This document shows, piece after piece, positions 1-14,056 of a stretch of DNA of 64,000 nt (the first letter of the stretch is position 1; every line of letters begins with the position of its first letter). Where the stretch lies: positions 372,001-436,000 of the forward strand of contig BAAIJX010000007.1 of the NCBI GenBank assembly GCA_054600435.1. Direction: 5' to 3'. A model generated the notes under the pieces. It made no database searches and was not told where the DNA came from. It saw nothing but the letters and a program-made list of their open reading frames with translations. This DNA is from Neophaeotheca triangularis (Eukaryota). Made by a program: the position numbers and the translations under genes.

Positions 1-328
1 TGTTGAGACCATCACGACTTAAGGTGCCTTCTAGGTATCTATCGCAGACATCCATCGACACAGCAAATGTAAGCACAGCTCGGCGTGGAACGTACTTCCC
101 TTATAGCTCGTCTTATTACAACCAATTGGCATCCCGAATTCACGTTGCCAATGTTACCTGTCTTACTCCAGGCTCCAGTTCTCTTCCACGGGTTGCGCGC
201 GCACCGAGCTGTAAACATGTCTCGCCATCGACTGGCTATTCTATAAAACTCTCTACAACAGCCGCTAAACAACTTAGCAGCACCAGGTTTGACAGCATTC
301 GCTCTCGAAGATCCACTCTTCAGATAAA

Positions 329-3300
329 ATGGCGACCAAAGAGCGCAAGAGCTCTCAGTCCACCAGGAGCACTGCTGCTATGAGTAGAGAAACGCAGTCT
401 TCCGGATTCAATAGCTACCTAGTGCGTATGGCTGTCTTTTATATCTATTCACTTTCTAACAAACCCTACAGAGAGTCTTTGGATATGCCGACTCCAAAAG
501 TTGGCTGCTCTTTGCCGTTGCGTTGATAGCAGCAATAGGCGCAGGCGTACCCTTGCCTTTGATGGATCTCGTTTTTGGTCAATTCGTGACTGCCTTCAAT
601 GACTTCGCTACAGGGAGTAGCAGTCCATCTCAATACATGTCTACCGTTACTGAGTACACGTGAGTCTTCTTTGTTCCACTGGCCACGATCACTTGCTAAC
701 GTACCCTAAGATTATACTTCATCTATCTCTTCGTTGCCAAGTTCGCTTTGGTGTACATACACACGGTCTGTGTCTCCATCGCAGCCATTCGAGTGACCGA
801 AGCCCTACGAATCGACTTTCTCAAGACTATGCTGCGACAGGAGATTGCGTTCTTCGACTCCAAGGACTCGGGTTCGCCCTCGGTAAAAGTCACTACAACG
901 GCGAATCTCGTCAACCAAGGAATCTCGGAGAAGCTCAGTCTGACCATTCAAGGATTGTCGACATTTGTGACAGCCTTTATACTGGCCTTTGCCGTCCAGT
1001 GGAAGTTGACTCTCATCACAATTTCCATCGTTCCGACTATACTGGTCGTAACCGCCATAAGCGTTGGCATTGACGCAAAACAGGATGGTAAGATTCTCTC
1101 CATCTATTCGCAAGCAGGACTTTTAGCCGAAGAAGTGTTCGCAAGCATCACTACTGTTCATGCATTTTGGCTACAGCCAGTCATGCGCGGCAGATACGAC
1201 TCCCTTCTTGCCGAGGCCGAAAAGGTCGGAATGCGGAAATCCCCCAATTGGGCAGTCTTGTTCTCTGTTGAGTTCTTTTGCATCTACTCCGGCTATGGTC
1301 TGGCTTTTTGGCAAGGCATCAGGATGTACGCCAATCGCGAAATAGAAGAACCTGGGAAGGTCGTCACGTATGTATCCCCTCCCAGTCATCAATGCGGCCG
1401 TGTGAGCTGATTACGATCTGTAGTGTCATCTTTGCTGTCATCGTGGCGGCAACCGCTCTTACACAGCTAGCACCTCAGTTCTTGCAAGTCTCCAAAGCTA
1501 TATCAGCAGCCGGAGAGCTCTTCGAGACGATCGACAGAGTCTCTAATATAGACGCTCTGTCTGAGGATGGACATGTTCCCACACACTGCACGGGAGACAT
1601 CGAGGTGCAGAAGCTGGAGTTTGCTTATCCAGCACGGCCGGACGAGATGATTCTTCGGGGGCTAAATCTCAAGATACCTGCGGGAAAGACTACGGCCCTC
1701 GTCGGCGCGTCCGGGTCTGGAAAATCGACGATCATCGGTCTATTGGAGCGATGGTACGAACAGTCTGCCGGAAGCCTGCTGCTAGACGGCGTTGACATCC
1801 GCGAGCTCAACATCCAATGGCTGCGGACTCACGTTCGGCTCGTACAGCAAGAGCCCGTCCTCTTCAACGGCACCATCTTCGAGAACGTCGCTCACGGCTT
1901 AATCGGTACACCACTTGCTGAGCTACCTGATGATCAAAAGCGCGAACTTGTGGAGCGCGCTTGTCGAGATGCGTTTGCACATGATTTTGTCATGACCTTT
2001 CCCAAGCAGTACTACACCCTTGTTGGCGAGCGAGCTCGAATGTTATCAGGCGGACAGAAGCAAAGGATTGCCATTGCCCGGAGTATCATTTCCGATCCCC
2101 CTATCCTTTTACTGGACGAAGCGACGAGTGCGCTTGACCCAAAGGCCGAACGGATCGTGCAACAGGCTCTTGACAATGTGTCTTCGACTCGCACTACGCT
2201 TGTGATAGCACATAAACTTTCCACGATTCAGCGGGCGGACAGCATTGCAGTCATGGCCGCCGGAAGAGTTATCGAGCAAGGTACGCATAGGGAACTTCTG
2301 AGTCAAGGCGGCGCATACTCTCGTTTAGTCAAGGCGCAAGATCTCGGTAGTTCGCAGCAAGAGGAAGACAACAGCGACGAGGATGAAGGCGATACCGATC
2401 CAAAGGTCACCCTCACCCGCACTAAAAGCGAAGTGGTGGTTCCCGACGAAGACTCCGATCTGTCAGAAGCGACTGCCGGCAATCCCTTTAATTACAGCCT
2501 GTTGTACTGCGTCTGGAAGCTTCTCCGCGAGCAGAGGAGACTTTGGCCACACTTTTTTGTCGTGGCGATCGGCTGTATTGCAGGAGGTGCGATCTTCCCG
2601 GCCCAGGCGTACATGTTTGCGCAGACCTTTGAAGTTTTTCAGCTGGAGGGCAGCGATGCTACCGAGCGCGGCGATTTCTGGGCTTTAATGTTCTTCGTCG
2701 TCGCCATTGGAACCCTGGTCGTGTACGGCGCTCTTGGCTGGTTGTGCAACACCATCTCGCAGGTACTGGCTCGTGAGTACCGGCAGGAGCTTTTCACGAG
2801 CGTCATTCACCAGAACATGGCCTTCTTCGATGTCGACAACAACGCTACCGGTGCCTTGGTTTCAAGATTATCCAACTGCGCGACGAACCTGCAAGAGCTG
2901 CTCCAGATGAACGTAGCACTGATCCTCATCAATGTGGTGAACGTGGTATCCAGCTCCATCTTTGGCATAGCCTTTGGCTGGAAGCTCGGGCTGGTATGCG
3001 TCTTCGGAGCTCTGCCGCCTCTGATCTTAAGCGGATACATTCGCATCCGGCTCGAATTCAGACTCGACGACGCCACTTCGGCGAGGTTCGCGAGTTCGGC
3101 AGCCGTGGCCGCAGAAGCCGTGTCCGCTATTCGAACAGTAGCGTCGCTGACCTTGGAGAAGAGTGTGTTGCAAATGTACCAGGATCGTCTTGCCGATGTA
3201 GCTACGAAATCGACAAAGGCCTTGCTCTGGACTATGGTTTGGTATTCGCTTTCCCAAAGCATCAACTTCCTCGCCATGGCGCTGGGGTTTTGGTAAGCTT

Positions 3301-4338
3301 CACCAGCAACGTCGTTGATATCAGGATGAAAGAATACTAACGCAAACCAGGTATGGTAGCAAACTCGTGTCAACGGGGGAGTACACGACAACACAGTTTT
3401 ACGCCATCTTCATCGCCGTCATCTTTGGCGGAGAGGCAGCCGCAGCATTCTTCCAATACACCACCAGCTTGACCAAAGCCCAGACGGCCGCAAATCTCAT
3501 GTTCTGGCTTCGAAGCACTGCGAATGACCTTGAACCCGACTCTGCGCCTCCCAGTGACGATGACAACGAAAATACGTCCCCCGAGCCCGCCGGCGTCGAC
3601 TTTGACGCCCTCACCTTCGCCTACCCTTCCCGTCCAAACACAAGCATCCTCAAGAGCATCGACGTCAACATCCCACCCGGCAGCTTCGCCGCCTTTGTCG
3701 GCCCTTCAGGCTGCGGCAAATCCACCACCCTCGCGCTACTAGAAAGATTCTACGACCCCTCGTCCGGCGCCATCCTCGTCAACGACATGCCCATAACCGA
3801 AAGGAGCCCACGCCAGCACCGCCGCCGTCTAGCCCTCGTCCAGCAAGAGCCGACGCTCTATCAAGGCTCGATCCGCGACAACATCGCTCTAGGAACAGCC
3901 GAACACACGTCAGCCACGGAAGCGCAAGTGCAAACCGCGTGCCGCCAAGCCAACATCCACGACTTTGTAAGTTCCCTGCCAGAAGGCCTGGACACCTCAG
4001 TCGGCGGCAGGGGTAGCCAGCTCTCCGGCGGCCAGCGGCAACGCGTCGCCATTGCGCGCGCGCTAATCCGCGACCCGCGCATCTTGGTCCTGGACGAGGC
4101 GACGTCGGCGCTGGACACGGAAAGCGAGCGTGTGGTGCAGGGGGCTTTGATGGCGGCTGCGGGCGACGGGTCGCGCACTACCGTTGCCGTTGCGCATCGG
4201 CTCAGCACCATCAAGCGCGCCGATTGCATTTTTGTGTTCGAGGCCGGTAGGATTGTCGAAGCCGGCACGCACGCGGAGCTTGTGAGGAAGGGCGGGAGGT
4301 ATTTTGCTATGTGTCAGAGTCAGGCTTTGGATCAGTGA
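329..4338 (+). CDS. Full-length ABCB (MDR/P-glycoprotein-like) ABC transporter, TMD-NBD-TMD-NBD; exons approx. 329-421, 472-659, 711-1367, 1424-3292, 3351-4338
   Basis: Two NBDs with Walker A (GASGSGKST; GPSGCGKST), signatures (LSGGQKQRIAIAR; LSGGQRQRVAIAR), Walker B (LLDEATSALD; VLDEATSALD) and H-loops. Four GT-AG introns with branch sites join the ORF fragments in frame. Confidence 0.95.
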
Positions 4339-5760
4339 GAAGGAAGTGGGTGACGTTTTTTTTTTCCCTTTCTTTCCCTTTTTTTCCCTCTCTCTTCCTT
4401 TCTCCGCTCCTCTAGGAGGGCGCTTTTGATTGGCGTTCTGAGCGTGGGAGGCGTTGGGAACGGTAGTGGGGGAGTACGGACGGCTTCGAAGATGTAACAA
4501 ACAAGAGCGACTTAGACTATTACCTTGCGCGAGAGAGAGAACCCTCCTCAGCGAAACGATACAAAGGATACCCAGGAGTTGAAACCTGCTGCTCACCCGC
4601 TCTTACAAGCCCACCGCTCTCTTCCTCCCGTGCCACGTAATCAATCCGATGGGGCTTCCTAAGAGAAACCCTCCCCCCCCTCCCCAAACAGTGCGTGCGG
4701 TCAGCGCAGAGATTACAGGCCTCGCCGTGCGTGCCTTTGCCACGCAACAAAAGCTGCAAGCGATTAGACCTCGTGTCCCAGGTCCAGACAACGCTCCTTC
4801 GGACCGCACGTCGAGGTTGCGGAAACCTAGAGTGGGCACGCGGGATCGCAGTGGCTCTGTGAATTCGAGGCGAGTGGTTACTGCACGGCTCTGGAGAGCG
4901 AGCGAGCGAGCAATACGCAGACTGCCACCACGCCGGCCGCTGCAACGCTGCTCGCGAAAGAAGGGAACGAGGTCTACAAGCATAACAACGTACTAACATA
5001 CGAACACACAACCATACCCTCATACCCCAATACCCACGCCGACGCCGACGCCGAGGGGCAGAGGGGTAGAAAACTTGCCACCCCTCCGCCTTTCCACCGA
5101 CGTCGCGCGGCATGCCATTGCGATGGATAGACACCTACCTGCCACCCGCAGGAAGAAGGAAGACGGACGGGGACGTGGGAATCCCGGATCAGCCGCTCCC
5201 TCGAGACTGCATGATTGACGTTGCTGGAAAGAAGGCGGCCAGACTACTGCGAGAGGTGGGTGTGTGTAGTGTAAGGTAGACTGTTTGTGTTTGGCTTTGG
5301 CTTTTACATGTCGACGACGAGGATGGGGATGAGGATGAGGATTGTTGGGGGGAAGGCAATCGCTAGTTACAGTAGTTTCTCTCAATCGTGGAACTGAAGG
5401 GAGCCCGAGTCTCTCTCTCATCAATGCCTTCGTTGCAGGGACTGCGGACTGGTCGAACGGGGTCTGGCGGGGAGAAAGCGGGAAAGAGTAGGTAAGTAGG
5501 CGGGGAGTGGTGATAGGGTGCTCGTGGTTTGCTGTGTGGATTTGCTGTGGATGTAGGCATGTAATAGTAGTGGTGGTAGTAGGTAGTGAGGGAGTAGTAT
5601 GTATTTAATGCTAGCCGGCTGTGCAGAAAGGAAGTAGTGTAGTGTAGGAATAACCCAAAAATGCATCAATGGGAAAACCTGGAAAAGGACGGACGGAGAA
5701 GATGCCCTCTTTGGAAATCGAATGATGGTTTTTTTTTTTTTAATTATATTGATTGTATGG

Positions 5761-5781
5761 ATGCATGCATGCATGCATGCA
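5761..5781. repeat. (ATGC)5 self-complementary tetranucleotide repeat
   Basis: atgcatgcatgcatgcatgca read directly; a shorter copy lies near 12390-12403. Confidence 0.9.
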
Positions 5782-5845
5782 GTCCCTTCCCCGGTAGGCC
5801 CGCCGCCCGATAGACCTAGGGTTGTAACGGGGTTGAATACTGTTG

Positions 5846-5869
5846 TAGTAGTAGTAGTAGTAGTAGTAG
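5846..5869. repeat. (TAG)8 microsatellite
   Basis: Read directly; related tracts at about 6090-6160 (degenerate GTG/GTA) and 8526-8550 (CTA). Confidence 0.9.
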
Positions 5870-8800
5870 GACGCAGATGCCCACCTGGCTCCCTGGATTA
5901 AGAGAAGATGCATGCGGCGTGACTCTGCACGTTGTACGCCTAATGATGGACGATGATGATGGGGATGCTCGAAGCGAGGTTTGACAGCGAGCAAAGCGGG
6001 TTGTGTTCGACACGTGCTGAGGAAGTATACTTGCGTTACCTTACCTACCTATACTTACAGACCAGGGCACATGGCTTATTAGGAAGTGGGTGATTGTGGT
6101 GGTAGTAGTAGTAGTGGTGATAGTGGTGATGGTGGTGGCGGTAGTGGTGGTGGTGGCGACAATAGGCGGTAATAGTGTCGATGATGACGATCACGGCGGA
6201 TGTTTGGTCGATACAGTAGTACCACACCATCTTCTACCGTCGAGGCAAAGGAAAAAGGCTGCCGGATCGAGAATCATTGCTGCAGGTCTCACTCACCATC
6301 TTAGATGTGCAGACGGGCGGATGAGGATCGGAAAATCATCCCATGGCGCTGGCTGTGTTGGATTTGTGTCTACCAAGGTACTGCTGCTACTGTTACCTAC
6401 ACATACATGCTGTGGTACCTCGGTTGCGCTCGCGTCTGGCGCGTGAAGTAAAGGTATTCTTGCCGTGAATCCCGTGATGGCCGTTGGTGCTGTTTTATTG
6501 TTATTACTGTAGTTGAGGCGATGCCGATCAGTGTGTCGTACCCCTGGCGTGAATCGGTTAGCATAGGTGGGTGGGTGGGTGGGTGTATGATCTTCGCGAG
6601 GTAGAAGGGGTAGTATAGGTGTCGACGCTGCCACTCATTATGGGACAGGCGGTGGTCTCGGTCTTCCACTTGCGATCAAGTCGCTTACAGCCTTGCAAGG
6701 CGACTAGACTGTCGTTTTCGATTGCCGTAATCACTCCCCTAAGACTCCGAGTCGTAGCCATAGTAATCTCATAAATTAATCCCGTACCATCGAGTCTCGG
6801 CCGAGCCGGGGTGAAAAGGAGGGAAGTATTAAGAAGACCCTATTAGGCTATATATACAGTATGTGATCCAAAAGCGGCAGGATCATCAGACGCGATTCTA
6901 GAGACGAATACCGACCGGCATGCATGAAAAATCTCGTGATGAAGTGTCTGTCTAGTTTCACGTGTCAAAGTAGTGACGAGGTTCCTGACGAAGCTCGCGT
7001 AGGAGTAGGCAGACGGGAGGTAAGAATAATAATGATAATGATAATAATATTGATAAAGGTTAGGCAGGCTCTACTGCAGCGGAGGTAGAGATGCGCGAGT
7101 ATCGGGTCCACTATGTAGGTAAGGTATCCTGTGAGGATTTGTGGATTTGCAACGGGGGGGCTGACCAAAAGGCTCTAAGCGAGCTGATCCTAAAGCAAGC
7201 AAGCCTAAGCGGACCCGGTAGACATACATACATAGGTTATGTAGGGTACTACTACTCTGACTACTGTATACATGGTCTAAGGGTCTCCTCCTAATTATTT
7301 AGAAGTCTCCTTCCTTCGAGCTGCGTAAGCTTTTGAATTAAAGCCCGGGGCAGTCCGTTGATGCTCATGATTAGTACTCCACCTTGATTGTCCGACTTTG
7401 GTTTTGATAAGAGACGCGTTGATATTTGCATCTGCTTGCGCAAAGTTGTCCATGTGTTGATTTGTCGAAACGGTAGGCGTACTTGCTAGAGTACTTGCCG
7501 AGATATAGACTTCCGAGCAAAGTCAGCAACGACAACGGTACGAGGAGGTGATGAGGTAACAGGGCCAACGGGCGTCGAAGTATGTCGTGTGCATCTCTCC
7601 CCATTTTGGCCGCCGTCTCCATTCCGGAGCGTGGATGTAAAGTATATCTCACATGATCTGCGCGGCTCTCCCGCTTCATTGGAGCCGATTGTCGTGTGGT
7701 AACTTTTGACCGTTGCCCTACTAGTCGACACGTAGCTTTCTAACCACGAGGAGCAGTAGTGACCGAGCCGGGTAGGCAGGCCTTAAACTAAAGGATCAAC
7801 GGCCCCGAAGTCATGGTCGCGAGTATATTAAAACCAGGTGGATCACAGGTTCGTACTGTCTAGTAGTAGTAGCGAGAAAATTGCTGCATGTCTTTTATGC
7901 ACGTCTTGCTTTGTGCTGACGACGAGGTACTCGGATCTTGCATCAAAAGGGTACCTTTACCGGCGTGTCCACTCTCTACCCACAAGCCCGGGTATAGTGA
8001 TAATAATAATAATAATACCAGGCATGTAAGTGGAAGACAGCCCTGCCCGGGACGATCACCTAAAAGGAAGATCGGCGCTGCAAGCACACACCGAGAGGGT
8101 TCATCCTATGGGCCGTCGCTCTTGCCGGAGATTCTCACGCCTCATCAATCATCATGTACTGTACCTACCTTGGGTATAGTGTACCGTACCATGCTATTGC
8201 TTGCCTGCCACATCCTGCCACGCCCATACCCATACCCATGCCCATACCCATGCAGGCCTCGTGTAGCGTGCTCCACAGGATACCGGCGATCGACCTTGGC
8301 GCCGGAAGCGTCGCTCGTGGCTCTTGCAGGGAACAGGGGTCGGGCCTAGGTTAAGCACGAAACTCCAACCGGCCTGCATGATCGGCTTGTGAGGTGTGAA
8401 CGCGGGCGGGCGGGCATGTCGCACTTCGCTTACACTAGAACTTCGGCCTTTCTAGGTCATGATGATTGTGGTCATTTTATTATTGTTGACTCTGCAAATT
8501 GGGGTAGAAGCATTTAGTCTTCTCACTACTACTACTACTACTACTACTACTGACTGACACCTGTCGATGCGTCTTGATCTGTTGATACTAATCTATCCAG
8601 CATGCTGCTAGGCTAGGCCAGGCCAGGCCATCAATGGTCTCGCTCAATAATTTACACATGATTACACTCATGCCTCCCTACCTTGTTCTTCAACTGACTT
8701 GGTTACCCTCAAATTGGACGAATAATAAATGCCACAGGGTCCCGACTGGGCTCCCGGCTCCACTGTCTTGGATATCATTACCGATCGAGCAGGCACATGC

Positions 8801-10162
8801 AACACGGCGGCGCAGCCTTTGTTTATTGCGTCTAGACGCATGCATCATCCTCTACACACGCAAGCCCAGTAGGGCAGAAGCATGCTGTCTGTAGTAAGTC
8901 GGCGTCGGACGAGGACTGGCCACTTGATACTTTCTCCCCCGGCCGCTAATAGCGTGCGCCCAAAACCAATTGTCCTTTGCTAGGCCGAGGGTGAGCGAAG
9001 ACGCTGTTGGCTTATGTCTATCGCCAGCAATATCCTCAACATGTATGTGGAGTAGGTATTGAAGTAGTATTGTATGCAAGTAGCAGGTACTACTACTATC
9101 CTAGTTGGAATCAATCTCAAGTCACTTGTACGTATCGGTGATCGACTGGGCTACGACGCTCGCTTGTGCTGATCCGTGTGCCTACCTACCTAGGTACGGT
9201 AGATGTGCCATGACCAACCAATAATGTAAGTTCGGCTTGACAACGAGCAGGACAATTGTTTGGTGAATGAATTACAACAGTAATAATGGTGGTGGTGAGG
9301 CGGCGGCTACTACCGTTAGGTGGCAGGCAGCCATTAGGACAGGTTGTAGACCAAGTGTACCACCTCCATACTACTGTACAGATACTAGTAAGTAGGTAGT
9401 GGGCCAGTAGCAGTTTGATAACAAGAATAATATCCCGAGCACGTGGATTTAGCGCCAGCGCGCCGTTCATCTTCACGACAGTCGCCGCCGACAGGGAAGG
9501 ACAAGGACAGAAGAGACAAGGACGTGTGGACCCGGGCAACGGCACATACACGCTTGACTCTTTGACAAGTTGACCATCACGCACCCTTCAGCTTCTGAGC
9601 CCTTCTCGCCCTCTCGCCCTCGAGCCCTCTCGAGCCCTCTCGAGTCTCATCATCTCATCATCTCATCATTTCGCTTTGGCCACCGACTTCCATACCACAA
9701 CTTCCTATCCGGGTGTCGTCGCCGCCGTCGCCCTCTCTCCGTCTCCCGGTGTCCAGCTCAGCTAGATTAGGTACTTGTACTTACTAGCTAGCCAGTGCTT
9801 GCTACCACCACCACTCCGCTCGCTCACATCTCCACCACCTGCATCTGGCGACACTTCCTGCTTGCCTGCCTGTTTAAACCACCTGCTGAGTCGGAGACAC
9901 TTGCACCATCCAGTGAGGTCGTCATCTTCCGCCTCCTACCTAGCTACCTACTACCTACCTACCCACTCACCTAACGCCATCTTTTCCACAAACCTTGGGC
10001 CACTACCCGACCTACGCTTTTCCGTCGTATCTCCGTGAGGACTGCCTACAAAGCCTGTGCCCGGGCTTGATAGATTAGCAGCAAGGATCCATCGCCGTGA
10101 CATCTATCCCACGAGGCCCGTGTACGTACCACGCCTCATTAATCCGGACTAAGACTCCTCCT

Positions 10163-10207
<45 letters not shown>
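10163..10207. repeat. (TAC)15 microsatellite in the putative mtfA 5' leader
   Basis: Perfect trinucleotide tract read directly. Confidence 0.92.
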
Positions 10208-10209
<2 letters not shown>

Positions 10210-10581
10210 TGGGTCGTCACTACCATCACGATTTGCTTGTGCATCGTACCTACCCTTCGCACATCCTTCGGTCAATCCCTGGGCCAAAGACTTGAAACCG
10301 GTATACAACACCACTACGCCAATCCATCGGTCCCTGCACCCACGACTAAGGCCAAACGACTTCAATCTACCCAACCTTGCTGGCGGCTCCTCGTTCAATC
10401 TATGCTGGCGATCAGAATTCTGGCTCTGTTTCCATACTTGAGAGAAGGACTCTGCCGGGAACCGCAACTGTAGTTGCACCTCTCAATTCCCCAGCATACG
10501 CATCGTTGTCTGCAAGCATCCGACCGTTTCCTGCCAACGCCTATAGCTTCTCGCTTCTATTCACACATTTCACTCCCCCAA

Positions 10582-11815
10582 ATGGCAAACGTTGGCGTCA
10601 TGTCCTACCCTGCCCATGGAATGCCTCAAAACTACTCACAACAGTACACGATGCCGCAGACGCGAGCACATCACCCGCGAGAGGGTCTTCCCTTGAATCC
10701 TTATTCGACACATGTACCCATGCAACAGCCACAACCGCAGTTACAACCGCAACCCCGACAGCATACAACGTCACAACCTCCGAATGCTAGCGCTGCAACA
10801 GAAGACTTTACTAAACCTTCTTTGCCGTCAATTTCTAATCTCCTTGGCTATGTTGACGCTGAACGACCATCACAGGATGCGGGTGAGTGACTATTGAATC
10901 GCAAAGCTGTACTAAATCACCCAGCTGACAATTGATTTAGCGCCGCAGCAGATTCAAGGCCAACAGCAACAGGCACAGTCGCAGCAGCCTCGAGGACAGT
11001 CGCAACAGCAGCAAAATCATCCGCAAACGGCTGTGCAGCCATCTCAAATCCATCAGAGGCATACTGCTACATTCCCGCAAGAGACCTCCACAACGCAACG
11101 CACAACGATCCCACCTACGCCGCCGTTCCGCAACGACTCGATTATCGAAGGTGGACATAGCCCGTCCACAATATCGACCGGCTCGTCTCTCTCAGGCCCG
11201 TCAATGTTCGCAGCCTCGGCCATCAACAATGTCGAAGCCTACGATCAAAGAATAGCGACGCATCAATCCTTCCCCAAAAGACCACCACTTCCATCCCACG
11301 CCAGCGCTTCCCCATGGCGCACATCACCCTACTCATCATCCCCCTACTCGACCTCCCCCGGCACAACTTCAACAGGCTCCTATTACTCCCCCAACGACGC
11401 CGCCTACCATTCGACTTCGCTCTATCACCAACGACCACTCCCCTCAAATTTTCCCCCACCCCCATCACACCACCACAACCAACATATGCCGCCGCCCTCA
11501 TCCTCGGAAACCTCCCCGCACATGCCGCACCCGAACCACAACCCCTGGGAACACCACCACTACATCAGCGCCTCTTCACAAGCCACGTTCCCGCAATCCC
11601 AAGACCGCTACATTTGCCAAACCTGCAGCAAAGCTTTCAGCCGGCCATCGAGCCTCAAAATTCACACGCACAGCCATACGGGCGAGAAGCCTTTCCAGTG
11701 TCCGCACGCTGGGTGTGGCAAGGCTTTTAGCGTTAGGAGTAACATGAAGAGGCATGAGAGGGGGTGTCATACTGGGGGTCCCGGGGTCGGGCTTGGGGGA
11801 ATGCAGATTCGATGA
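10582..11815 (+). CDS. mtfA: C2H2 zinc-finger transcription factor, MtfA-like; exons 10582-10882 and 10941-11815
   Basis: C-terminal double finger [54 protein letters not shown], with upstream PWEHHHY and LPSIS motifs, matches Aspergillus MtfA-type proteins as I recall them. Intron gtgagt...gctgac...tag (10883-10940) keeps the frame. Confidence 0.85.
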
Positions 11816-14056
11816 GCCCATTCCCGGTGGGCGAGCTGTGTCATTCTTCTTCTTTTCACTTCTTCTCAATGAGTTGGGTCTTTTGTTGCCGTTGTCGGGG
11901 CGCGGCTTGATACCATTTTTCCCGTCGGGCGAGAGCGTGGTGTTGGTTGGCGTTTTCCTTTTATTGTTTATTGTCCAGACGGGTGGATGGATAAGTTGTC
12001 TTGGAACCGCGGTCGTAGCGCTCCAAAAGACGCTTTCGATGGCATAGTAACGGCAGGTGTGCAAGCAGCAATAGCGAGCGGCATAGTAGCTAGCCTCACT
12101 CGATGGGCGGCGCAGTCTTGCTTGGTCCAAGGAAGGGAAGGGGAAAAAAAGAAGGAAGGGCCAGGCAGGTTTGTACAATGGTCTGGTCTGGTAGTGTTTT
12201 GTAAATTTTATTACCATCGACGGCTCTGCCCTCGTATTTATCATCTATCTATCATTCGACATTTTTCGCCCGCTCCGTCTCCCATCCGACTTTGTCCTCT
12301 GCCCTTTTACCCCTTCTCGTGCACAAGACCGCACATACTAGTATGTATGTACGTATGTAAGTAGGTAAGTAAGTAAGAAGTGTGTATGTATGCATGCATG
12401 CATGTATGTACGCACGGAAGCAAGAGCGACAGTATTGGACGCTGGGGGAAAACTCCGAGTTGTAATTCTCGACTTTCCCCGCCATCATGATGAACAATGT
12501 GACCGTGAAAGAACCAACCACCAGCTTAGTTAGCACCACAGACAGACAGACAGACAGAGCCAGCCACAGTGACAGAGCAAAAGGGGGAACGAGCGAGCGG
12601 CGGTCGGGAGACTCTCGCTCGCTCGCTGCTGCGCTATTCCACCCAATCCCATCCCATCCCATCCCATTCACGCTCCGATCGACAAGTCTAGTTCCGTTCG
12701 AGTCTGAGTCTAGTTCTAGCTCAGCTTGGCCATCGGACTGAACTGGGTACTGATTGTAGCGTAGCGTAGCCTGTTTTTTTATTACTTACTCTTTTTGGAG
12801 AGTCGTTGCGGTTTTGGTGCGGGGGGAGGGGGAGGGGACTGGCTAGCAGGAGATTGGATGGATTGGATTTGGGGAAGTTTTTTTGTTCGTCCTTTTTGCC
12901 TTTTTTTTTTTTTTGAGATGCGAGATTGTTCGCTGGGAGATGGGTTGGAGGAGTGGGTGAGGATGGGAGGGGGGAAAGGGGGAGAGGGGAAGGGAGGGAG
13001 GGAGGGAGGGAGAAAAGGGGGAAGAGGGAGAAAGAGCGAAAAAGGCTTTACGTACAGCGTAGGCATAATGAACGCCGGTCGCGAGGGCGAAAAACAATGT
13101 GGATCTCGTTTTGTATGTTTGCCCATCTTTCTGACGGCTGCCGACTTTTTCTCCTTTTCTTTTCTTTTACTTTGTTCGCTTTTCTTCTCTTTTTTTCAGT
13201 TGGCTCTGGAGCGCAACACCCTACCCTCCCACCCAAGAGGCCAGGGGTCTTCGCGACCTCGAACCGTGGAGTCGTGTAGGACTTGGTTCAGGAGTTGCGG
13301 TCGTCGCGGTGGTAATTGCTTGGGTTCTGTATGATTGGGAACAAAGATGGCCGGCGGTGGAAGGCGTATGGGCTAGGCACTTTGTGCTCCTCGTTCTTGC
13401 ATTCTTGCTGTGTTACACCATGGACGACGACTATGGGCTTTTGCGTTGAGGATTTTCTAGATTGCGACCAAGTCGTGGTGAGGCGCTCTGTCACATTCGG
13501 GTACTACTGAACCTCTAGCCAGGGGAGTCAGGGGACTCGTGATCGCAGCGATGTTTGTATTGGCATGATGCAAGTGATCGTTATCATCAATGTCTCGGAA
13601 GCTTAGGAGGTGGTGCTGTTGGGAAGTCCGGGGCGCTGTTTTTGCAAGCAAGGCTCGACTGTGAACAGTAAACGTGGTACGTTGATTGCGGATGATCCAA
13701 CCTTCACCTACTTCGGAATTGTATCTTTCAGTGGACTTGCCTGTGTTATTCTTAGAAGAGGTAGGATAGGTAGCCTGGTCGCTTACTTGATGTCGGGGCT
13801 GATGCAATCGTTCGGATGATGAGCTTCTCCCATTGCAGCGCTGCGCTGACGGATTTAAGAGCGTGAAACGGTAAATGCCAGTCTTGTTTTGAATAGATGA
13901 CACGCATTGCACGGGAACATGCGTAGAGCAAGGCGGGCCAAAAGTGTCAAACAGCACGAGCGTGCGAAGTCACGGGTGGCGGTATTGTTCTCTGACAAGC
14001 AACGAATACGAAGAAATTTACATTTAGTTCTACAGCACAGCAGTTTCAAGGCCGCA

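Noticed and set aside
4520..5424. Minus-strand ORFs of 126-204 aa downstream of the ABC transporter; also inspected for riboswitch, RNase P/MRP or telomerase RNA motifs
   Set aside because: No recognisable domain or coding-like pattern, and I found no TPP aptamer core or TAACCCTAA template. An Rfam scan would be needed to exclude an ncRNA.
5740..6446. Poly-Tyr, poly-His and poly-Val ORFs (also 10097-10441)
   Set aside because: Translations of trinucleotide microsatellites, not credible proteins.
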